Source: the human T2T-CHM13v2.0 reference genome, Homo sapiens. From it: a stretch of DNA of 64,000 nt. Location: assembly GCF_009914755.1 (NCBI RefSeq), contig NC_060927.1; one strand, written 5' to 3'. The notes under the pieces are model-generated. The model worked only from the letters and a program-made list of their open reading frames with translations. It searched no databases and was not told where the DNA came from. Shown piece after piece: positions 53,701 to 64,000 of this stretch; position 1 is the stretch's first letter, and each line of letters opens with the position of its first letter. The position numbers and the translations under genes were made by a program.

Positions 53701-56700
53701 ACAAAAAGAGTGTTTCCAATCCGCTCTGTCTAAAGGAAGGTTCAACTCTCTGATTTGAATACATACATCCCAAAAGAAGTTACTGAGAATTCTTCTGTCT
53801 AGCATTATGTGAAGAAATCCCGTTTCCAACGAAAGCCTCAAAGAGGCCCAAATATCCAGTTGCAGCATTTACAAACTGACTGTTTCCAAACTCATCTATG
53901 AAAAGAAAGGTTAAACTCTGTGAGTTGAATGCGCATATCACAAAGTAGTTCCTGAGAATGATTCTGTCTAGTTTTTATACGAAGATATTTCCTTTTCCAC
54001 CAATGGCCTCAAAGTGCTTGAAATCTCCCCTTGCAAATTCCACAGACAAGTGTCTCAAATCTGCACTGTCTAAAGGAAGGTTCAACCCTGTGAGTTGAAT
54101 ACACACACACAGAAAAAAATTCACTGAGAATTCTATTGTCTATCATTACACGAAGAAATCCCGTTTACTACGAAGGCCTCAAAGAGGTCCAAATATCCAG
54201 CTGCAGACATTACAAACTGAGTGTTTCCAAAGTGCTCTATGAAAAGAAGTGTTAAACACTGTGAGTTCAATGCACACATCCCAAAGCAGTTTCTGAGAAT
54301 GATTCCGTCTATTTTTTCTACGAAGATATTTCCTTTTCTACCGTTGGCCTCAAAGCGCTTGAAATCTCCACTTGCAAATTCCACAAAAAGAGAGTTTCAA
54401 ATCTGCTCTGTCTAAAGGAAGGTTCAACTCTGTGAGTTGAATACACACCACAAAAAGAAGTTACTGAGAATTCTTCTGTCTAGCATTATATGAAAAATCC
54501 CGTTTCCAACGAAGGCCACAAAGAGGTCCAAATATCCACTTGCAGATTCTGCAAAAAGAGTGTTTCCAAACTGCTCTATGAAAAGAAACGTTAAACTCTG
54601 TGAGTTGAACGCAAACATCACAAAGTAGTTTCTGAGAATGACTCCGTCTAGTTTTTATACGAAGATATTTCCTTTTCTACCATTCACTTCAAAGCGCTTG
54701 AAGTCTCCCCCTGAAAATTCCACAAAAAGTGTTTCCAATCTGCTCCGCCTAAAGGAAGCTTCAACTCTGTGAGTTGAATACCCACAACCCAAAGAAGTTA
54801 CTGAGAATTCTTCTGTCTAGCACTATATGAAGAAATCCCGTTTCCAACGAAGGCCTCAAATACATCCAAATATCCAGTTGCTGACTTTACAAACTGAGTG
54901 TTTCCAAACTGCTCTATGAAAAGAAAGGTTAAACACTGTGAGTTGAACACACACGTACCAAAGTAGTTTCTGAGAATGATTCTGTCTAGTTTGCATACGA
55001 AGATATTTCCTTTTCTACCATTGGCCTCAAAGCTTTGAAATCTCCACTTGCAAATTCCACAAAAAGAGAGTTTCAACTCTGCTGTTTCTAAAGGAAAGTT
55101 CAACTCTGAGAGTTGAATACACACCAGAAAAAGCAGTTACTGAGAAGTCTTCTGTCTAGCATTATATGAAGAAATCCCATTTCCAACGAAGACTTCAAAG
55201 AGGTCCAAATATCCACTTGCAGATTCTGCAAAAAGAGTGTTTCGAAACAACTGTATGAAAAGAAAGGTTAAACACTGTGAGTTGAACGCACACATTGCAA
55301 AGCAGTTTCTGAGAATGATTCCGTCTAATTATTATACGAAGGTATTTCCTTTTCTATCATTGGCCTCAAAGCGCTTGATACCTCCACCTGAAAATTCCAC
55401 AAAAAGAGTGTTTCCAATCTACTCTGTCTAAAGGAACGTTCAACTCCGTGAGTTGAATACACACACACAGAAAGAATTCACTGAGAATTCTTCTGTCTGG
55501 CATTACATGAAGAAATCCCGTTTCCAACGAAGGCCTCAAAGAGGTCCAAATATCCACTTGCAGATTCTGCAAAAAGAGTGTTTCAAAACCGCTCCATTAA
55601 AAGGAATGTTGAACTCTGTGAGTTGAATGCAAACATCACAACTCAGTTGCTGAGAATGCTTCTGACTAGATTTTATGGTAAGATATTTCCTTTTCTACCG
55701 TAGGCTTCAATGCCCTGTAAATACACCCTTGCAAATTCTACAAAGAGACTGTTTCATAACTGCTCTATAGGAGGAAAGGTTCAACTCTGTGAGTTGAATG
55801 CAGAGATCACAACGTGGTTTCTGCGAATGATTCTTTGTAGTTTTTACATGAAGATATTTCGTTGTCTACCGTAGGCTTCAAAGCACTCAAAGTATTCACT
55901 TGGAACTTTTACAAAAAGAGTGTTAGAAAACTGCTCTTTCCAAAGTAAGGTTCAACTCTGTGAGTTGAATGCACACATAACAAACAAGAAGTTTCTGAGA
56001 ATTCTTCTGTCCTGGTTTATATGAAGAAATCCCGTTTCCAACGAAGGCCTCAAAGACGTTTAAATATCCACTTGCAGACTTCACAAACAGAGTGTTTCCA
56101 AACTGCTCTATGAAAAGAAAGGGTAAACACTGTGAGTTGAACGCACACCTCACAAAGTAGTTTCTGAGAATGATACTGTCTAGTTTTTATACGAAGATAT
56201 TTCCTTTTGTACCACTGGCCTCATACTGCTAGAATTTTCCACTTGCAAATTCCACAAAAAGAGTGTTTCCAATCTGCTCTGTCTAAAGGAAGGTTCAACT
56301 CTGTGAGTTGAGTACACACACACAAAGAAGCTACTGAGAATTCTTTTGTCAAGAATTATAAGAAGAAATCCCGTTTCCAACCAAGGCCTCAAAGAGTTCC
56401 AAATATCCACTTGCACACTGCACAAACTAAGTCTTTCCATACTGCTCTATGCAAAGAAATGTTCAAGTCTGTGAGTTTAATACACACATCACAAAGCAGT
56501 TTCTGAGAATGATACTGTCTAGTTTTTATACGAAGATATTTCCTTTTGTACCATTGGCCTCATACTGCTAGAATTTTCCACTTGCAAATTCCACAAAAAG
56601 AGTGTTTCCAATCCGCTCTGTCTAAAGGAAGGTTCAACTCTCTGATTTGAATACATACATCCCAAAAGAAGTTACTGAGAATTCTTCTGTCTAGCATTAT

Positions 56701-59700
56701 GTGAAGAAATCCCGTTTCCAACGAAAGCCTCAAAGAGGCCCAAATATCCAGTTGCAGCATTTACAAACTGACTGTTTCCAAACTCATCTATGAAAAGAAA
56801 GGTTAAACTCTGTGAGTTGAATGCACATATCACAAAGTAGTTCCTGAGAATGATTCTGTCTAGTTTTTATACGAAGATATTTCCTTTTCCACCAATGGCC
56901 TCAAAGTGCTTGAAATCTCCCCTTGCAAATTCCACAGACAAGTGTCTCAAATCTGCACTGTCTAAAGGAAGGTTCAACCCTGTGAGTTGAATACACACAC
57001 ACAGAAAAAAATTCACTGAGAATTCTATTGTCTATCATTACACGAAGAAATCCCGTTTACTACGAAGGCCTCAAAGAGGTCCAAATATCCAGCTGCAGAC
57101 ATTACAAACTGAGTGTTTCCAAAGTGCTCTATGAAAAGAAGTGTTAAACACTGTGAGTTCAATGCACACATCCCAAAGCAGTTTCTGAGAATGATTCCGT
57201 CTATTTTTTCTACGAAGATATTTCCTTTTCTACCGTTGGCCTCAAAGCGCTTGAAATCTCCACTTGCAAATTCCACAAAAAGAGAGTTTCAAATCTGCTC
57301 TGTCTAAAGGAAGGTTCAACTCTGTGAGTTGAATACACACCACAAAAAGAAGTTACTGAGAATTCTTCTGTCTAGCATTATATGAAAAATCCCGTTTCCA
57401 ACGAAGGCCACAAAGAGGTCCAAATATCCACTTGCAGATTCTGCAAAAAGAGTGTTTCCAAACTGCTCTATGAAAAGAAACGTTAAACTCTGTGAGTTGA
57501 ACGCAAACATCACAAAGTAGTTTCTGAGAATGACTCCGTCTAGTTTTTATACGAAGATATTTCCTTTTCTACCATTCACTTCAAAGCGCTTGAAGTCTCC
57601 CCCTGAAAATTCCACAAAAAGTGTTTCCAATCTGCTCCGCCTAAAGGAAGCTTCAACTCTGTGAGTTGAATACCCACAACCCAAAGAAGTTACTGAGAAT
57701 TCTTCTGTCTAGCACTATATGAAGAAATCCCGTTTCCAACGAAGGCCTCAAATACATCCAAATATCCAGTTGCTGACTTTACAAACTGGGTGTTTCCAAA
57801 CTGCTCTATGAAAAGAAAGGTTAAACACTGTGAGTTGAACACACACGTACCAAAGTAGTTTCTGAGAATGATTCTGTCTAGTTTGCATACGAAGATATTT
57901 CCTTTTCTACCATTGGCCTCAAAGCTTTGAAATCTCCACTTGCAAATTCCACAAAAAGAGAGTTTCAACTCTGCTGTTTCTAAAGGAAAGTTCAACTCTG
58001 AGAGTTGAATACACACCAGAAAAAGCAGTTACTGAGAAGTCTTCTGTCTAGCATTATATGAAGAAATCCCATTTCCAACGAAGGCTTCAAAGAGGTCCAA
58101 ATATCCACTTGCAGATTCTGCAAAAAGAGTGTTTCGAAACAAAACTGTATGAAAAGAAAGGTTAAACACTGTGAGTTGAACGCACACATTGCAAAGCAGT
58201 TTCTGAGAATGATTCCGTCTAATTATTATACGAAGGTATTTCCTTTTCTATCATTGGCCTCAAAGCGCTTGATACCTCCACCTGAAAATTCCACAAAAAG
58301 AGTGTTTCCAATCTACTCTGTCTAAAGGAACGTTCAACTCTGTGAGTTGAATACACACACACAGAAAGAATTCACTGAGAATTCTTCTGTCTGGCATTAC
58401 ATGAAGAAATCCCGTTTCCAACGAAGGCCTCAAAGAGGTCCAAATATCCACTTGCAGATTCTGCAAAAAGAGTGTTTCAAAACCGCTCCATTAAAAGGAA
58501 TGTTGAACTCTGTGAGTTGAATGCAAACATCACAACTCAGTTTCTGAGAATGCTTCTGACTAGATTTTATGGTAAGATATTTCCTTTTCTACCGTAGGCT
58601 TCAATGCCCTGTAAATACACCCTTGCAAATTCTACAAAGAGACTGTTTCATAACTGCTCTATAGGAGGAAAGGTTCAACTCTGTGAGTTGAATGCAGAGA
58701 TCACAACGTGGTTTCTGCGAATGATTCTTTGTAGTTTTTACATGAAGATATTTCGTTGTCTACCGTAGGCTTCAAAGCACTCAAAGTATTCACTTGGAAC
58801 TTTTACAAAAAGAGTGTTAGAAAACTGCTCTTTCCAAAGTAAGGTTCAACTCTGTGAGTTGAATGCACACATAACAAACAAGAAGTTTCTGAGAATTCTT
58901 CTGTCCTGGTTTATATGAAGAAATCCCGTTTCCAACGAAGGCCTCAAAGACGTTTAAATATCCACTTGCAGACTTCACAAACAGAGTGTTTCCAAACTGC
59001 TCTATGAAAAGAAAGGGTAAACACTGTGAGTTGAACGCACACCTCACAAAGTAGTTTCTGAGAATGATACTGTCTAGTTTTTATACGAAGATATTTCCTT
59101 TTGTACCATTGGCCTCATACTGCTAGAATTTTCCACTTGCAAATTCCACAAAAAGAGTGTTTCCAATCTGCTCTGTCTAAAGGAAGGTTCAACTCTGTGA
59201 GTTGAGTACACACACACAAAGAAGCTACTGAGAATTCTTTTGTCAAGAATTATAAGAAGAAATCCCGTTTCCAACCAAGGCCTCAAAGAGTTCCAAATAT
59301 CCACTTGCACACTGCACAAACTAAGTCTTTCCATACTGCTCTATGCAAAGAAATGTTCAAATCTGTGAGTTTAATACACACATCACAAAGCAGTTTCTGA
59401 GAATGATACTGTCTAGTTTTTATACGAAGATATTTCCTTTTGTACCATTGGCCTCATACTGCTAGAATTTTCCACTTGCAAATTCCACAAAAAGAGTGTT
59501 TCCAATCCGCTCTGTCTAAAGGAAGGTTCAACTCTCTGATTTGAATACATACATCTCAAAAGAAGTTACTGAGAATTCTTCTGTCTAGCATTATGTGAAG
59601 AAATCCCGTTTCCAACGAAAGCCTCAAAGAGGCCCAAATATCCAGTTGCAGCATTTACAAACTGACTGTTTCCAAACTCATCTATGAAAAGAAAGGTTAA

Positions 59701-62700
59701 ACTCTGTGAGTTGAATGCACATATCACAAAGTAGTTCCTGAGAATGATTCTGTCTAGTTTTTATACGAAGATATTTCCTTTTCCACCAATGGCCTCAAAG
59801 TGCTTGAAATCTCCCCTTGCAAATTCCACAGACAAGTGTCTCAAATCTGCACTGTCTAAAGGAAGGTTCAACCCTGTGAGTTGAATACACACACACAGAA
59901 AAAAATTCACTGAGAATTCTATTGTCTATCATTACACGAAGAAATCCCGTTTACTACGAAGGCCTCAAAGAGGTCCAAATATCCAGCTGCAGACATTACA
60001 AACTGAGTGTTTCCAAAGTGCTCTATGAAAAGAAGTGTTAAACACTGTGAGTTCAATGCACACATCCCAAAGCAGTTTCTGAGAATGATTCCGTCTATTT
60101 TTTCTACGAAGATATTTCCTTTTCTACCGTTGGCCTCAAAGCGCTTGAAATCTCCACTTGCAAATTCCACAAAAAGAGAGTTTCAAATCTGCTCTGTCTA
60201 AAGGAAGGTTCAACTCTGTGAGTTGAATACACACCACAAAAAGAAGTTACTGAGAATTCTTCTGTCTAGCATTATATGAAAAATCCCGTTTCCAACGAAG
60301 GCCACAAAGAGGTCCAAATATCCACTTGCAGATTCTGCAAAAAGAGTGTTTCCAAACTGCTCTATGAAAAGAAACGTTAAACTCTGTGAGTTGAACGCAA
60401 ACATCACAAAGTAGTTTCTGAGAATGACTCCGTCTAGTTTTTATACGAAGATATTTCCTTTTCTACCATTCACTTCAAAGCGCTTGAAGTCTCCCCCTGA
60501 AAATTCCACAAAAAGTGTTTCCAATCTGCTCCGCCTAAAGGAAGCTTCAACTCTGTGAGTTGAATACCCACAACCCAAAGAAGTTACTGAGAATTCTTCT
60601 GTCTAGCATTATATGAAGAAATCCCGTTTCCAACGAAGGCCTCAAATACATCCAAATATCCAGTTACTGACTTTACAAACTGAGTGTTTCCAAACTGCTC
60701 TATGAAAAGAAAGGTTAAACACTGTGAGTTGAACACACACGTACCAAAGTAGTTTCTGAGAATGATTCTGTCTAGTTTGCATACGAAGATATTTCCTTTT
60801 CTACCATTGGCCTCAAAGCTTTGAAATCTCCACTTGCAAATTCCACAAAAAGAGAGTTTCAACTCTGCTGTTTCTAAAGGAAAGTTCAACTCTGAGAGTT
60901 GAATACACACCAGAAAAAGCAGTTACTGAGAAGTCTTCTGTCTAGCATTATATGAAGAAATCCCATTTCCAACGAAGACTTCAAAGAGGTCCAAATATCC
61001 ACTTGCAGATTCTGCAAAAAGAGTGTTTCGAAACAACTGTATGAAAAGAAAGGTTAAACACTGTGAGTTGAACGCACACATTGCAAAGCAGTTTCTGAGA
61101 ATGATTCCGTCTAATTATTATACGAAGGTATTTCCTTTTCTATCATTGGCCTCAAAGCGCTTGATACCTCCACCTGAAAATTCCACAAAAAGAGTGTTTC
61201 CAATCTACTCTGTCTAAAGGAACGTTCAACTCCGTGAGTTGAATACACACACACAGAAAGAATTCACTGAGAATTCTTCTGTCTGGCATTACATGAAGAA
61301 ATCCCGTTTCCAACGAAGGCCTCAAAGAGGTCCAAATATCCACTTGCAGATTCTGCAAAAAGAGTGTTTCAAAACCGCTCCATTAAAAGGAATGTTGAAC
61401 TCTGTGAGTTGAATGCAAACATCACAACTCAGTTTCTGAGAATGCTTCTGACTAGATTTTATGGCAAGATATTTCCTTTTCTACCGTAGGCTTCAATGCC
61501 CTGTAAATACACCCTTGCAAATTCTACAAAGAGACTGTTTCATAACTGCTCTATAGGAGGAAAGGTTCAACTCTGTGAGTTGAATGCAGAGATCACAACG
61601 TGGTTTCTGCGAATGATTCTTTGTAGTTTTTACATGAAGATATTTCGTTGTCTACCGTAGGCTTCAAAGCACTCAAAGTATTCACTTGGAACTTTTACAA
61701 AAAGAGTGTTAGAAAACTGCTCTTTCCAAAGTAAGGTTCAACTCTGTGAGTTGAATGCACACATAACAAACAAGAAGTTTCTGAGAATTCTTCTGTCCTG
61801 GTTTATATGAAGAAATCACGTTTCCAACGAAGGCCTCAAAGACGTTTAAATATCCACTTGCAGACTTCACAAACAGAGTGTTTCCAAACTGCTCTATGAA
61901 AAGAAAGGGTAAACACTGTGAGTTGAACGCACACCTCACAAAGTAGTTTCTGAGAATGATACTGTCTAGTTTTTATACGAAGATATTTCCTTTTGTACCA
62001 TTGGCCTCATACTGCTAGAATTTTCCACTTGCAAATTCCACAAAAAGAATATTTCCAATCTGCTCTGTCTAAAGGAAGGTTCAACTCTGTGAGTTGAGTA
62101 CACACACACAAAGAAGCTACTGAGAATTCTTTTGTCAAGAATTATAAGAAGAAATCCCGTTTCCAACCAAGGCCTCAAAGAGTTCCAAATATCCACTTGC
62201 ACACTGCACAAACTAAGTCTTTCCATACTGCTCTATGCAAAGAAATGTTCAACTCTGTGAGTTTAATACACACATCACAAAGCAGTTTCTGAGAATGATA
62301 CTGTCTAGTTTTTATACGAAGATATTTCCTTTTGTACCATTGGCCTCATACTGCTAGAATTTTCCACTTGCAAATTCCACAAAAAGAGTGTTTCCAATCC
62401 GCTCTGTCTAAAGGAAGGTTCAACTCTCTGATTTGAATACATACATCCCAAAAGAAGTTACTGAGAATTCTTCTGTCTAGCATTATGTGAAGAAATCCCG
62501 TTTCCAACGAAAGCCTCAAAGAGGCCCAAATATCCAGTTGCAGCATTTACAAACTGACTGTTTCCAAACTCATCTATGAAAAGAAAGGTTAAACTCTGTG
62601 AGTTGAATGCACATATCACAAAGTAGTTCCTGAGAATGATTCTGTCTAGTTTTTATACGAAGATATTTCCTTTTCCACCAATGGCCTCAAAGTGCTTGAA

Positions 62701-64000
62701 ATCTCCCCTTGCAAATTCCACAGACAAGTGTCTCAAATCTGCACTGTCTAAAGGAAGGTTCAACTCTGTGAGTTGAATACACACACACAGAAAAAAATTC
62801 ACTGAGAATTCTATTGTCTATCATTACACGAAGAAATCCCGTTTACTACGAAGGCCTCAAAGAGGTCCAAATATCCAGCTGCAGACATTACAAACTGAGT
62901 GTTTCCAAAGTGCTCTATGAAAAGAAGTGTTAAACACTGTGAGTTCAATGCACACATCCCAAAGCAGTTTCTGAGAATGATTCCGTCTATTTTTTCTACG
63001 AAGATATTTCCTTTTCTGCCGTTGGCCTCAAAGCGCTTGAAATCTCCACTTGCAAATTCCACAAAAAGAGAGTTTCAAATCTGCTCTGTCTAAAGGAAGG
63101 TTCAACTCTGTGAGTTGAATACACACCACAAAAAGAAGTTACTGAGAATTCTTCTCTCTAGCATTATATGAAAAATCCCGTTTCCAACGAAGGCCACAAA
63201 GAGGTCCAAATATCCACTTGCAGATTCTGCAAAAAGAGTGTTTCCAAACTGCTCTATGAAAAGAAACGTTAAACTCTGTGAGTTGAACGCAAACATCACA
63301 AAGTAGTTTCTGAGAATGACTCCGTCTAGTTTTTATACGAAGATATTTCCTTTTCTACCATTCACTTCAAAGCGCTTGAAGTCTCCCCCTGAAAATTCCA
63401 CAAAAAGTGTTTCCAATCTGCTCCGCCTAAAGGAAGCTTCAACTCTGTGACTTGAATACCCACAACCCAAAGAAGTTACTGAGAATTCTTCTGTCTAGCA
63501 TTATATGAAGAAATCCCGTTTCCAACGAAGGCCTCAAATACATCCAAATATCCAGTTGCTGACTTTACAAACTGAGTGTTTCCAAACTGCTCTATGACAA
63601 GAAAGGTTAAACACTGTGAGTTGAACACACACGTACCAAAGTAGTTTCTGAGAATGATTCTGTCTAGTTTGCATACGAAGATATTTCCTTTTCTACCATT
63701 GGCCTCAAAGCTTTGAAATCTCCACTTGCAAATTCCACAAAAAGAGAGTTTCAACTCTGCTGTTTCTAAAGGAAAGTTCAACTCTGAGAGTTGAATACAC
63801 ACCAGAAAAAGCAGTTACTGAGAAGTCTTCTGTCTAGCATTATATGAAGAAATCCCATTTCCAACGAAGACTTCAAAGAGGTCCAAATATCCACTTGCAG
63901 ATTCTGCAAAAAGAGTGTTTCGAAACAAAACTGTATGAAAAGAAAGGTTAAACACTGTGAGTTGAACGCACACATTGCAAAGCAGTTTCTGAGAATGATT

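Larger units (their letters stand above)
1..64000 (-). repeat. Alpha-satellite (ALR/Alpha) centromeric higher-order repeat array, 17-mer HOR of ~2,892 bp
   Basis: Diagnostic alphoid motifs (ctgagaat, tgtgagttgaa, atatccacttgc, tcccgtttccaacgaag) recur every ~170 bp over the full window. Near-identical units starting gtagtttctgagaatgattctgtctagtttgcatacg begin at 1, 2895, 5787, 8679, 11571, 14465, 17357, 20249, 23140, 26034, 28926, 31819, 34713, 37606, 40501, 43393, 46285, 49179, 52071, 54963, 57855, 60749 and 63641 (partial). The ORF track repeats with the same period. Strand is given as the strand on which the CENP-B box reads. Confidence 0.99.
1..64000 (-). other. D3Z1: Likely human chromosome 3 active centromeric array D3Z1 (HOR S01/1C3H1L)
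   Basis: A 17-monomer, ~2.9-kb HOR with mainly dimeric A/B alternation (SF1-like) and a few more divergent monomers matches my recollection of the chr3 live HOR. Not verified by alignment. Confidence 0.88.

Noticed and set aside
275-63975. About 200 short ORFs (64-108 aa) on both strands recurring every ~2.9 kb
   Set aside because: These are incidental translations of alpha-satellite. They overlap on opposite strands, many start at non-ATG codons, and they appear or vanish with 1-2 bp indels (CA slippage, AA insertion). I recognise no protein domain or gene structure in them.
1-64000. CRISPR-like array or other repeat-spacer system
   Set aside because: There are no unique spacers. The sequence between conserved motifs is itself repeated with 171-bp and 2.9-kb periods, and no cas, reverse transcriptase or other genes are present.
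1-64000. Inversion, strand switch, structural HOR variant or foreign insertion within the array
   Set aside because: All unit lengths are 2,891-2,895 bp, and every CENP-B box and recurring ORF keeps the same orientation, leaving no room for such events.
1-64000. A previously undescribed biological system
   Set aside because: All sequence is accounted for by a well-known centromeric satellite class. The only potentially new signals are mutational and evolutionary patterns among HOR copies, which are reported as findings.

Overview
The whole 64 kb window is one uninterrupted, head-to-tail primate (very probably human) centromeric alpha-satellite array. It consists of ~171-bp monomers organised into a 17-monomer higher-order repeat (HOR) of 2,891-2,895 bp (mode 2,892), with 22 complete copies plus a 360-bp partial copy, all in one orientation. 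CENP-B boxes read on the minus strand. The 17-mer/2.9-kb period, and the A/B dimer alternation broken by a single A-A doublet, fit the active chromosome 3 array D3Z1 (S01/1C3H1L). That assignment comes from recalled knowledge, not from an alignment. I find no protein-coding genes, RNA genes, transposon insertions, inversions or CRISPR arrays. All listed ORFs are incidental and recur with the HOR period. I see no new genetic system. The informative signal lies in the variants between HOR copies: (i) a recent 4-HOR (11,570 bp) tandem duplication with an older third copy 12 HORs away; (ii) a cluster of six changes, all to A on the plus strand, within 175 bp, shared by two HOR copies; (iii) apparent enrichment of variants in the CENP-B-less A-A doublet; (iv) a near-identical internal monomer pair inside the HOR; (v) fixed and sporadic CENP-B box losses; (vi) mosaic HORs suggesting gene conversion. 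All variant comparisons were made by eye and need an alignment to confirm.
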